From assembly GCA_945829445.1 (NCBI GenBank), contig CALZUY010000004.1:153-64152 (forward strand): a stretch of 64,000 nucleotides of DNA. Reading direction: 5' to 3'. The notes beneath the pieces were generated by a model that was given only the letters and a program-made list of their open reading frames with translations, was not told where the DNA came from and searched no databases. Source of the stretch: an uncultured Clostridia bacterium. GTDB lineage: Bacteria; Bacillota; Clostridia; Oscillospirales; Butyricicoccaceae. A program made the translations under genes and the position numbers. The stretch's first letter is position 1. Each line of letters starts with the position of its first letter. Below are positions 38,113 to 46,553 of the stretch, piece after piece.

Positions 38113-39003
38113 TCAGTATTTGCGCTCCGCCAGCGTGCGTGCAAGTGCCGGCAGCATACCGGCATCTGAAAACGGTGCCAATGCATGGATTGCCTGTTCT
38201 GACAGTTCGCGTACCAGTTCATGGCAGCGTGCAATGCCCAGCAGGGATGGGTATGTACTCTTACCGTTTTCTGCGTCCGAGCCAATCGGCTTGCCCAGTG
38301 CTTCCTCATCGCCCTCAATGTCCAGAATGTCATCCTGAACCTGGAACGCAAGGCCAATGCAACGCGCATATTCCAATGCAGCCTCTGTCTGTTCCGCGGT
38401 TGCGCCGCCGATCAGGCAGCCGAGCTGTGCCGCCACACAAATAAGGGCACCGGTCTTGAGTTCCTGAAGTGTTTTAAGCTGGTCAAGCGAAATCTGAGTT
38501 TCCTCCGCCTGCATGTCCAGAACCTGACCGCCGATCATGCCTTCCATACCGGAAGCACGCGACAGCGCGCGGATGGCCTTGAGCTGTACCTCAGCACCGA
38601 CCAGAGCTGTGTTTGCCGGATCAGATGCGGTCTCAAACGCCAGATTTAACAGACCGTCGCCCGCAAGAACCGCCATAGCTTCGCCATAGACCTTGTGGTT
38701 GGTCGGCTTGCCGCGGCGCAGATCGTCATCATCCATACACGGCAGGTCGTCGTGAATGAGTGAATACGTATGAATCATTTCCAATGCGCAGGCAAACGGC
38801 AGTGCTGCTTCGATATTCCCACCACTCAGACGGCAGAATTCCAGCACCAATGCCGGACGAAGCCGCTTGCCGCCTGCCATCGCAGAATAGCGGCAGGCAT
38901 CAAAAATTACACTCTGGCCTTTATCCTCCTGCGACTGCAAGTATTCCAGCAGCTTTTTTTCTACCATTGTGCTGTATGCCGCAAGCTGTTCATTCAGTGT
39001 CAT
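38113..39003 (-). CDS. ispA: Farnesyl-diphosphate synthase / geranyltranstransferase
   Basis: GGKRLRP, HDDLPCMDDDDLRRG, GQVLD, KTGA, FQVQDDILD. Confidence 0.96.
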   Translation of the reverse strand: MTLNEQLAAYSTMVEKKLLEYLQSQEDKGQSVIFDACRYSAMAGGKRLRPALVLEFCRLSGGNIEAALPFACALEMIHTYSLIHDDLPCMDDDDLRRGKPTNHKVYGEAMAVLAGDGLLNLAFETASDPANTALVGAEVQLKAIRALSRASGMEGMIGGQVLDMQAEETQISLDQLKTLQELKTGALICVAAQLGCLIGGATAEQTEAALEYARCIGLAFQVQDDILDIEGDEEALGKPIGSDAENGKSTYPSLLGIARCHELVRELSEQAIHALAPFSDAGMLPALARTLAERKY

Positions 39004-39006
39004 TGG

Positions 39007-39237
39007 TCATTCCCCTTCCTGCGCATCGAACGGCACTTCAACTTCTTCGCCGTTTTGTGTCGTCACCATCGTTACTTTCTGTTCCGCGCGGTCGAGCAAT
39101 CCGGACAGATAAGCCGAAAGCTTGGTCCCTTCCTCGAACAGCGCCATGCTTTTATCCAGCGGTGCCTCACCGGCTTCCAATTGCGTTACAATTTCTTCCA
39201 GGCGCTTCATCGCCTGTTCAAATGTCATGTCTTCCAT
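39007..39237 (-). CDS. xseB: Exodeoxyribonuclease VII small subunit
   Basis: TFEQAMKRLEEIV..LE.G...LD.S...FEEG. Confidence 0.95.
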   Translation of the reverse strand: MEDMTFEQAMKRLEEIVTQLEAGEAPLDKSMALFEEGTKLSAYLSGLLDRAEQKVTMVTTQNGEEVEVPFDAQEGE

Positions 39238-39248
39238 TATCTGTATCC

Positions 39249-40457
39249 TCAGCATTTCCGCTTAATCTGCTTTACTGTACAAACCGCGCCGCCTTTGGCA
39301 AACCGGACAAAAATTTCATCGTCGCGGCGTAGTTTGGCGCTGCTCGCAACAACCGTTCCGTCCTTCGTCACGACAGAATAACCGCGCGCCAGAACCTTGA
39401 GCGGGCTGTAAGCGTCGAGATATGCCGCCTGCCGGACAAATTCCTGCCTTCTCACCGCCAATATCTGCTGTATGGCGGCAGTCATCTGTCCGGTAACATG
39501 TTCCAGTTCAAAGCGTTTGTCCTGAATATATCCCATAGGGGTGCGCAGCTTTCTGCGCTTGTCCAATGCGTCCAGCTGTGCCCGTTTGCCCTGCAAAATT
39601 GCTGTCATATCACTGAGCAAGGCATTGTCCGCCGTGCGCAGAAAACGCCGGAGCTCTGCTGCATCCGGCACACAGATTTCTGCCGCATTGGATGGTGTGG
39701 AAGCGCGTGCATCTGCGGCAAAATCCGATATCGTAACATCCGGCTCGTGCCCCACGGCAGAAATCACCGGAATTTCCGATGCTGCAATGGCACGCGCTAC
39801 AATTTCTTCGTTAAACGCCCAGAGATCCTCCAGAGATCCGCCGCCGCGGCCTGTAATGATTACATCCGCTTCTCCGCGCCGGTTGACTGCTGCAATTGCA
39901 TTTGCGATATCAGCTGCTGCCCCTTCGCCCTGTACGAGGACAGGATAAATCTGTACTTTGGCCAGCGGATATCGGCGTTTGAGGATGCGCAGCATATCGC
40001 GCACCGCTGCGCCGGTCGGTGAAGTCACAATCGCAATCGTCTGCGGCAGACGCGGAAGCGGCTTTTTACGCGCTTCGTCGAACAGTCCTTCGGTATACAG
40101 GCGCTGCTTGAGCTGTTCGAACGCAATGGTCAGCGCACCGATGCCATCCGGCATCATGTCTGCAATATACATCTGATACTGCCCATACTTTGGATAACAG
40201 CTGATGCGTCCGCGTGCGATGACCTTCATGCCATTTTCCGGTCGAAAGCGCAGCCGTGCAGCGTCTGAACGGAACATCACTGCTGAAAGTACGCCGTCTT
40301 TGTCTTTGAGGGTCAGATATCTGTGACCGGAAGAATGTGCCTTGTAGTTGGAAATTTCGCCCTGAACATACAGGTTGCGAAACGGTTCATGTTCCTCCAG
40401 CATCAACTTAATCGCATGATTGACCTGCGAAACCGTATAAACTGTCTGTTGTTTCAT
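39249..40457 (-). CDS. xseA: Exodeoxyribonuclease VII large subunit
   Basis: GEISN...SSGH.Y.TLKD, TSPTGAAVRD, RGGGSLEDLWAFNEE, SAVGHE.D. Confidence 0.97.
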   Translation of the reverse strand: MKQQTVYTVSQVNHAIKLMLEEHEPFRNLYVQGEISNYKAHSSGHRYLTLKDKDGVLSAVMFRSDAARLRFRPENGMKVIARGRISCYPKYGQYQMYIADMMPDGIGALTIAFEQLKQRLYTEGLFDEARKKPLPRLPQTIAIVTSPTGAAVRDMLRILKRRYPLAKVQIYPVLVQGEGAAADIANAIAAVNRRGEADVIITGRGGGSLEDLWAFNEEIVARAIAASEIPVISAVGHEPDVTISDFAADARASTPSNAAEICVPDAAELRRFLRTADNALLSDMTAILQGKRAQLDALDKRRKLRTPMGYIQDKRFELEHVTGQMTAAIQQILAVRRQEFVRQAAYLDAYSPLKVLARGYSVVTKDGTVVASSAKLRRDDEIFVRFAKGGAVCTVKQIKRKC

Positions 40458-41392
40458 AGCAGCTCCCCGCTCAACAGTGCCGCCAGCACCGCAACGCCTA
40501 CCGCGTTGTCACCCGACAGCGTCGGTTCGGCAAAGTGTGCACCAAATGCATCGCGCATGCGCTGCTGGAGCCGACGATTGGACATGACACCGCCCGCACA
40601 CAACACTGGCAGATGCAGTTCTTCCACAGCCTGCCGTGTCGCATCCATCACGGCGCTGCCGACAATATCAATGGTATAGCGCGCAACGGTTTCACGCGGC
40701 GCGCCTGTCTGATACAGTTTTTCAATTTTATTCTGTGCACCGGACAGTGAAAAATGGCTGCCCGACACCTTTGGACGAAACGGCTTTTCCGGATGCGTGC
40801 AGGCATTTGCCAGCTGTTCCAGCTGTGCGCCAGCCGGGAACGAAAGCCCCAGCAGATTCCCGGCACGGTCAATCAACTGGCCTGCTGCCAGGTCGTCCGT
40901 GCCGCCAATGATTTCCGCCGAAAACAGCTGTCCATCGGGTTTGACATACAGCAGTTCTGTTGTGCCGCCGGACAAATGCCATGCCAGAAATGGCTCACGA
41001 AGCAGATGCAGGGCATCCGCTGACAGCGCTGCCGCCGCCAAATGTCCCTGTTGATGTGAGACCTCATAGAACGGTATGCCCTGTGCATGTGCCATACTGC
41101 GTGCAACACCTGCACCGGCAAGGAAGCACGGCATATAAGACCCTTCAACTGCACGCGGCCGGGTACTTGCAGCAATTGCCGTTACCTGTGTCCCGAACCC
41201 TTTTTCCAGTTCAAGAATGCGCTCCGGTAAGTGCTGCACATGCTGAAACAGCGCATCGCTCTGCCGCAGCCCGATGCGTCCTTCCGGCACCTCCAGCAGC
41301 CGTCCGGAATTATGCCACGCACGGCTCTCACTGTCAAACAGTGCCGCAGAGGTGCGGTAATTGGAGGTATCGACGCCGAAAAATCGTGCCAT
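40454..41392 (-). CDS. TsaD/Kae1-like (glycoprotease family) paralog
   Basis: GVDTSNY, SHQQGH, HLSGGTT, DLAAGQLIDR, AGGVMSN, GDNAVG. Confidence 0.8.
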   Translation of the reverse strand: MARFFGVDTSNYRTSAALFDSESRAWHNSGRLLEVPEGRIGLRQSDALFQHVQHLPERILELEKGFGTQVTAIAASTRPRAVEGSYMPCFLAGAGVARSMAHAQGIPFYEVSHQQGHLAAAALSADALHLLREPFLAWHLSGGTTELLYVKPDGQLFSAEIIGGTDDLAAGQLIDRAGNLLGLSFPAGAQLEQLANACTHPEKPFRPKVSGSHFSLSGAQNKIEKLYQTGAPRETVARYTIDIVGSAVMDATRQAVEELHLPVLCAGGVMSNRRLQQRMRDAFGAHFAEPTLSGDNAVGVAVLAALLSGELL

Positions 41393-41841
41393 CAGTCTGC
41401 CGCCAGCTCACGCGCTGCCGCACCGAGTACACCGTTGATATATGCCGGAACTTCCTCGGATTCATATTTTTTCGCCAGTTCCACAGCTTCATCAATCGCT
41501 GCTCCGACCGGAACATCTTCGACATACTGCATTTCATACAGTGCGAGCCGCAGCAGCGACATGGTCATGTGGGACAGACGGTTGGTATTCCAGTTGGTGG
41601 AATGCTTTTTAACCACTGCGTCCAGCTCCGCACAATGCGCACAGACGCCCATCACTGTATTGCGAATATACACCTTCTGATCCTCCGGCAGTTCACCCGC
41701 ATACAGCACGACATCGCCCGCCAATGAATCCATGACCGACTGTTCCAGACGGTCAGACAGCAGTTCCTTGTCACTGAACTGCTTGAAGCTCAGTTCAAAA
41801 ACCAGATGAAGTGCAATTTCTCTTGCTTCTTTTCTTCCCAC
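41392..41841 (-). CDS. nusB: Transcription antitermination factor NusB
   Basis: GTG start, RKEAREIAL, LLRLALYE, AIDEAVELAK.Y, YINGVLG. Confidence 0.95.
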   Translation of the reverse strand: MGRKEAREIALHLVFELSFKQFSDKELLSDRLEQSVMDSLAGDVVLYAGELPEDQKVYIRNTVMGVCAHCAELDAVVKKHSTNWNTNRLSHMTMSLLRLALYEMQYVEDVPVGAAIDEAVELAKKYESEEVPAYINGVLGAAARELAAD

Positions 41842-42049
41842 AGAAGTACCTCCGTATTGTGCCCGCCGTTCTGCGGCAGATCGGCACATTCATTTCGTTT
41901 TATGATTTATGCATTATTATACAACATATTGATGAGAATTGAAACCATAATCTGGTTTCAATCGGTATTCCTCTTTATAAATTGTTGTATTTGCTTTTCT
42001 GTCTTTCTCAGATTACAGGAACCACAATTCTTCCCGACGAAAAAGCCTG

Positions 42050-42093
42050 ATATAACAGAATAATTCTATCACATGGCAGGGCATTTGGCAAAT
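42050..42093 (-). repeat. Left copy of 44-bp inverted repeat, containing an outward promoter
   Basis: 37/44 identity (ungapped, counted by hand) to reverse complement of 44899-44942; minus strand TTGCCA-17-TAGAAT. Confidence 0.8.
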
Positions 42094-42104
42094 AGAAGGT
42101 GTAC

Positions 42105-42151
42105 AATAAAACCCCATAGACTGTGTGGTACACAAATCTATGGGGGTTTAT
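42105..42151. terminator. Terminator after mgtE
   Basis: AAACCCCATAGA/TCTATGGGGTTT inverted repeat. Confidence 0.78.
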
Positions 42152-42169
42152 TCATGATGATTGGGCCGA

Positions 42170-43582
42170 TTACAGCGTGCGGATCAGCAATGCCCATGCC
42201 AGACCATAGTAGGTCACAACTGCCACCAGGTCATTGATGGTGGTAATCAGCGGGCCGGATGCAACTGCCGGGTCAATCTTGAGCTTTTTAAATATAAGGG
42301 GAATGGTTGTTCCGCAGACACTGGACAGAATCATGGAAATCAACAGAGCAAAACCTGTACAGAAGGAAACAGAAAACGCAAGTGCTGCCGTCTCCCCTTT
42401 CAACAGGAATAAATACAGGCCAATCAATACAAAGGAGAGTGTGCCAAGGGCCAGGCCGTTACACAGGCCAACCCGCGCTTCCTTTGCTACGAGGGAAAGC
42501 TTCTGACGGAATGACAAATGCTCATCCATCAGCACCCGGATGGTAACAGCCAGGGACTGCGTTCCCACATTGCCTGCCATGTCCAGAATCAGAGACTGGA
42601 AGCAGACCACCAAAGTCAGACTCGCGACGACTTCTTCAAAAAGACCGACCACACTGGATACCAGAAGTCCCAAACCCAGCAGTACAATCAGCCAGGGAAG
42701 CCGCTTGGCAATGCTCTTCTTTAAGGGCTCCTGCAAATCTTCCTCTGCGGTCAGGCCTGCCAGCTTCGCATAGTCCTCTCCCATTTCCTCATCGACCAAC
42801 CGGGTAATGTCCTGAGCAGTCAGTACACCGGTTAGTTTATTCTGGGCGTCGAGTACCGGTATAGAGTCCTCAGAATAATCTTTAATCCGTTCGATACAGT
42901 CTTCTGTCTGTTCACTGGCGTAAACATACGGATAGGAAGTCACTGTGATCTCATCCAGTGCGGTTCCATCCCGGGCAATAATCAAATCCTTCAGATCAAT
43001 CGCACCGACCAGCGTTTCATCCTCGTCGACAACATAAATCGTAGAAATGTTGTCATTTTCAGCAGCCTGATCCACCAATTCCCGCATTGCCTGCCGAATG
43101 CCGATACCGGTATGGACAGAAATGAAGTTCGTGGTCATCTTGCTGCCGATTTCATCTTCGTCAAATGAACTGAGCAGTACAATTTCTCTCCTGACATCGG
43201 CATCCATCAGATCGAGAAGAATATTGCGTTCCTGCTTTTCCATCTGGCACAGATAATCTGCAGCAATTGCAGGTTCCAGCTGAGACAGGATTTCCACCTG
43301 CTTCCGAATACTCAGCTCTCCGATATAATCATTCAGCCTGTCCGAATAGGCAAGCACATTGGCCAAAGCCTGTGTTCCCAGCACGCTGTAGAGCTTGCAG
43401 CGTTCCTCTTTTTTCAGCAGTTCGATTGCTGCTGCGATATCATTTTCATGATAGGAAAGAATCCGATCCTCCATGAGCTTGGGCGTGAGATTGCTTCTTA
43501 CAATTTCCGCAATTTCGTTCTTATAATCGCGATGCTGTGTGGAAATTCCGATTCCTTCCGGATGATTCTTTTTTGTGTTCAT
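42170..43582 (-). CDS. mgtE: Magnesium transporter MgtE
   Basis: CBS pair, KRLPWL, MAGNVGTQSL, DPAVASGPLITTIND; GGAGG RBS before ATG 43582. Confidence 0.95.
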   Translation of the reverse strand: MNTKKNHPEGIGISTQHRDYKNEIAEIVRSNLTPKLMEDRILSYHENDIAAAIELLKKEERCKLYSVLGTQALANVLAYSDRLNDYIGELSIRKQVEILSQLEPAIAADYLCQMEKQERNILLDLMDADVRREIVLLSSFDEDEIGSKMTTNFISVHTGIGIRQAMRELVDQAAENDNISTIYVVDEDETLVGAIDLKDLIIARDGTALDEITVTSYPYVYASEQTEDCIERIKDYSEDSIPVLDAQNKLTGVLTAQDITRLVDEEMGEDYAKLAGLTAEEDLQEPLKKSIAKRLPWLIVLLGLGLLVSSVVGLFEEVVASLTLVVCFQSLILDMAGNVGTQSLAVTIRVLMDEHLSFRQKLSLVAKEARVGLCNGLALGTLSFVLIGLYLFLLKGETAALAFSVSFCTGFALLISMILSSVCGTTIPLIFKKLKIDPAVASGPLITTINDLVAVVTYYGLAWALLIRTL

Positions 43583-43956
43583 TGTCCTTCGCCTCCTTTG
43601 CACATCCAGCATAAAACGAATCGAGTGATTCGCCGTGGCAAAGTCAGGCATAGATTGGCTCCGTTACAGGCAAAAATGGGCATAAAAATACCATTGTCAC
43701 CTGTAATGCAACCTACGCTACACCTGCTCTGCAATGATGTAGTGCAGTTTTCAAACCGGACAATGGCGACCTATAATTGTTGGCGCAGCAAAGCGCCGTC
43801 AGAACACAGACGATATGCGGCTGCACAACTTCTGACAGTATAGGAATCCCATGCCCGAACTTCGACTACAACTACTACCGTCCATGATCTCACCTCACAA
43901 AAATGAATTTGCTGATTTCGTGTGTTCATTATATCAAATACCATCCTGAGATTCAA
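43583..43956 (-). promoter_or_regulatory. mgtE promoter and ~340-nt structured leader containing a 28-codon uORF
   Basis: TTGAAT-17-TATAAT at 43928-43956; uORF 43799-43885 with GAGGTG RBS; several stems. Confidence 0.55.
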
Positions 43957-44130
43957 GCAAAATTGTGCCTGCTATGAACAAGCCGGCTGTGCTCGCAACA
44001 GCCGGTCTTATCTTAATCATTCAAAATATGACCCATCTTCTGCTTGTATCACAATCATCTCTGGTTTAAAAAATCTTGATAATGCATACCGCACTCCGTT
44101 TCCGCAGACACTGTCCCAGAGGTGATTGCT

Positions 44131-44316
44131 ATGAAACTGGAACTTCCCCTCGGCTTCGGGATGGCACTGGCGCAGAATGAAGCCGCTATGAAAAAATTTG
44201 AATCGCTGACGGAATCTGAAAAACAGGCAGTTCTTCAGAAAACACACAGCGTCCGCTCCAAACATGAAATGCAGCAGCTGGTTTCCAGCCTTGATGCACA
44301 AAGTACAGTCGAATAG
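44131..44316 (+). CDS. Small hypothetical protein
   Basis: GAGGTG RBS; MKLELPLGFGMALAQNEAAM... Confidence 0.7.
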   Translation: MKLELPLGFGMALAQNEAAMKKFESLTESEKQAVLQKTHSVRSKHEMQQLVSSLDAQSTVE

Positions 44317-44355
44317 GATGCTGTTCCCGCGGCATACTATTTTCGGGGTGATGAT

Positions 44356-44526
44356 ATGGCAAAGAAAGCCGACAGGCCGGATCGGACAGAGGATCTGCGC
44401 CTCAATCCGGAGCAGCGCCTGTGTGCCAAATTTGACGCAGTCAGCATAGCCAATTTCCCTGTCGCATCGAGAGATGTGATGGGTGTGCGTGTGCTGGACA
44501 ACTGTGCAGAGGAGCATATCATGTAG
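44356..44526 (+). CDS. Small hypothetical protein (56 aa, below ORF-track cutoff)
   Basis: GGGGTG RBS; MAKKADRPDRTEDLRLNPEQRLCAKFDAVSIANFPVASRDVMGVRVLDNCAEEHIM*. Confidence 0.55.
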   Translation: MAKKADRPDRTEDLRLNPEQRLCAKFDAVSIANFPVASRDVMGVRVLDNCAEEHIM

Positions 44527-44612
44527 CTCCCGCCGCCATATGGCGGCTACATACTTCTTTTGTGACATGGCGGCCTGCTCTGACATACTCTGGTATATGG
44601 GAGGTCGATAAT

Positions 44613-44831
44613 ATGACGACCATGATCGCAACTGTGCTGGAGGTCCGTCCGGATAATTTACTGGTTCGTGACCGCCGAACATCGCAGGAAGTCCTCGTTC
44701 ACACATCGTTTGCGCGCAGATTCCGCCTTGGCGATGTTGTGCATATTCTGTTCAGCGGTGCAATGACCATGAGCATTCCGCCGCAGATCACTGCAATCCG
44801 CATTTTCAGGATCGGCACCTACCGGTGCTGA
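44613..44831 (+). CDS. Small OB-fold-like hypothetical protein (YobA-like)
   Basis: GGAGG RBS; ATVLEV...GD.V.I.FSGAMTMSIPPQI. Confidence 0.65.
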   Translation: MTTMIATVLEVRPDNLLVRDRRTSQEVLVHTSFARRFRLGDVVHILFSGAMTMSIPPQITAIRIFRIGTYRC

Positions 44832-44845
44832 CCACAGTGAACATC

Positions 44846-44878
44846 AGCCCGGCAGCCGGATGGCCGCCGGGCTTTCTG
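44846..44878 (+). terminator. Terminator after small-ORF cluster
   Basis: AGCCCGGCAGCC/GGCCGCCGGGCT stem then TTT. Confidence 0.6.
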
Positions 44879-44898
44879 TATGGGCATTTGCCAATTTG

Positions 44899-44942
44899 AT
44901 TTGCCAAATGCGCCCTGATATGATAGAATTACTCTGTTATAT
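44899..44942 (+). repeat. Right copy of 44-bp inverted repeat, containing the likely trmK-operon promoter
   Basis: TTGCCA-17-TAGAAT on plus strand; inverted partner at 42050-42093. Confidence 0.8.
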
Positions 44943-45045
44943 TGGGGCTCTTCCGTTAGAGAAGAGCCTCATAATATCTATAACATGTTTTCCATTTCAT
45001 ATGGATTGAAAAAACATTGAGATTTCTTGTGCAGGGAGGAATACT

Positions 45046-45753
45046 ATGCAGGACAATCGAATGCATCTGACACCGCGCCTGCGCACGATTATGCAACAGG
45101 TGCCGCAGGGCGCACGGCTCGCCGATATTGGCACGGATCATGCGCTCATCCCGGCGGCATTGCTGCGCAGAAAGCGCATTGCTTCTGCGATTGCATCGGA
45201 TATCCGTACTGGCCCGCTGGAGAGTGCGGCACGCACAGCCGAACAGTTTGGCTTTGAGAGCGAAATTTCACTGCGGCTCGGCGCGGGACTGTGTACGGTC
45301 AAACCGGAAGAAGCCGATACCATTGTCATTGCCGGCATGGGCGGTGAGACCATCGCGCAGATTCTGGAAGATGATCCATGGGCGCTGGATGGCGACCACC
45401 TGCTGTTATTGCAGGCAATGACAGCGCAGGCACAGCTGCGGCAGTACCTTGCGGCACACGGCGGTATCATACAAAAGGAAACACTGTGCCGCGAAGGCAA
45501 ACGCATGTATACAGTAATGACTGTGCGCGGCGGCGGAGATTATGTAGAAAAATCGCTGTCCGACTGCTGTATTTCGGATGCGCTGCTGTGCGATCCGCTT
45601 GCGGCGGATTATCTGGCCCGGCTGCTCAGCCGGGAACAGAAAATCTGTGCCTCGCTCGAAGCGGCACAGCATCAGAAGCCGGACGAGCTTGCACTGCACC
45701 GCGGCAATGTCCGTGTGCTGTCCGACGCATTGAATGAACTGGAAAAGGAGTGA
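45046..45753 (+). CDS. trmK: tRNA (adenine22-N1)-methyltransferase
   Basis: LTPRL, ADIGTDHA, IVIAGMGGETI, LLLQAM. Confidence 0.93.
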   Translation: MQDNRMHLTPRLRTIMQQVPQGARLADIGTDHALIPAALLRRKRIASAIASDIRTGPLESAARTAEQFGFESEISLRLGAGLCTVKPEEADTIVIAGMGGETIAQILEDDPWALDGDHLLLLQAMTAQAQLRQYLAAHGGIIQKETLCREGKRMYTVMTVRGGGDYVEKSLSDCCISDALLCDPLAADYLARLLSREQKICASLEAAQHQKPDELALHRGNVRVLSDALNELEKE

Positions 45754-46535
45754 CAGACATGATTCAGGTAAAACAGGTATTGCAGTGTCTGGAACAGGCG
45801 GCACCGTATGAACTGGCGGAGAGCTGGGACAACGTCGGCCTGCTGGTTGGTGACCCGGAGGCCGAGGTGGAAGGCGTGCTGTGCGCGCTGGATATCACCG
45901 AAGCAGTTGTGGAGGAAGCAGCGGAACGCGGCTGCAATCTGATTGTGGCGCATCATCCGGTCATCTTCACTTCGGTCAGCCGTGTCACAGCGGATACGGT
46001 AACAGGAAAAATCCTGATTTCGATGATCCGCAAGGGGATTTCCGGCATCTGCATGCATACCAATATGGATTGTGCATCAGCGGGTGTCAATGACCTGCTC
46101 GCAGCATCACTTGGCCTGACCGATGTGGAAAATATGGAGGCAGGCGAAGGCGGAAATCTCGGCCGCGTCGGAAATCTGCCGCGCGCCATGACGCTGGAGG
46201 AATTTGCAAAGCATGTCAGGCTGTCACTTGGTGCGGGTGGTGTGCGCGTTGCAGATGGTGGAAAACCGGTGCGCCGCGTGGCAGTCGGCGGCGGCGCCTG
46301 TGGAAAGATGATGGACTTTGCTGTCCGCAAGGGTGCGGATACCTTTGTCATCGGTGATTGCAGCTATGATATTATGATGAAGGCACATGATATCGGATTG
46401 AATTTGATAGATGCAGGTCATTTCCCGACAGAAAATCCGGTTGCCCGCGGCTTCCGTGACCTGATCGCAGAGCAGTTTCCTGACCTCAATGTGAATGTTT
46501 CCGATGTGCACTGCGATTGCATTTCATTTTATTAA
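45750..46535 (+). CDS. Nif3-like dinuclear metal centre protein
   Basis: AESWDNVGLLVG, IVAHHP, HTNMD, DAGHFPTE. Confidence 0.93.
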   Translation: MTDMIQVKQVLQCLEQAAPYELAESWDNVGLLVGDPEAEVEGVLCALDITEAVVEEAAERGCNLIVAHHPVIFTSVSRVTADTVTGKILISMIRKGISGICMHTNMDCASAGVNDLLAASLGLTDVENMEAGEGGNLGRVGNLPRAMTLEEFAKHVRLSLGAGGVRVADGGKPVRRVAVGGGACGKMMDFAVRKGADTFVIGDCSYDIMMKAHDIGLNLIDAGHFPTENPVARGFRDLIAEQFPDLNVNVSDVHCDCISFY

Positions 46536-46553
46536 AGAATAAAGGAGTTCCCT

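Noticed and set aside
41932-42063. 43-aa hydrophobic ORF antisense to the left-IR promoter (possible type I toxin/antitoxin)
   Set aside because: No RBS; hydrophobicity is explained by T-rich composition
43700-43900. M-box (ykoK) riboswitch expected before mgtE
   Set aside because: Core GGUGAGGCUCCU and CUGCCC motifs not found; reported instead as an unknown leader
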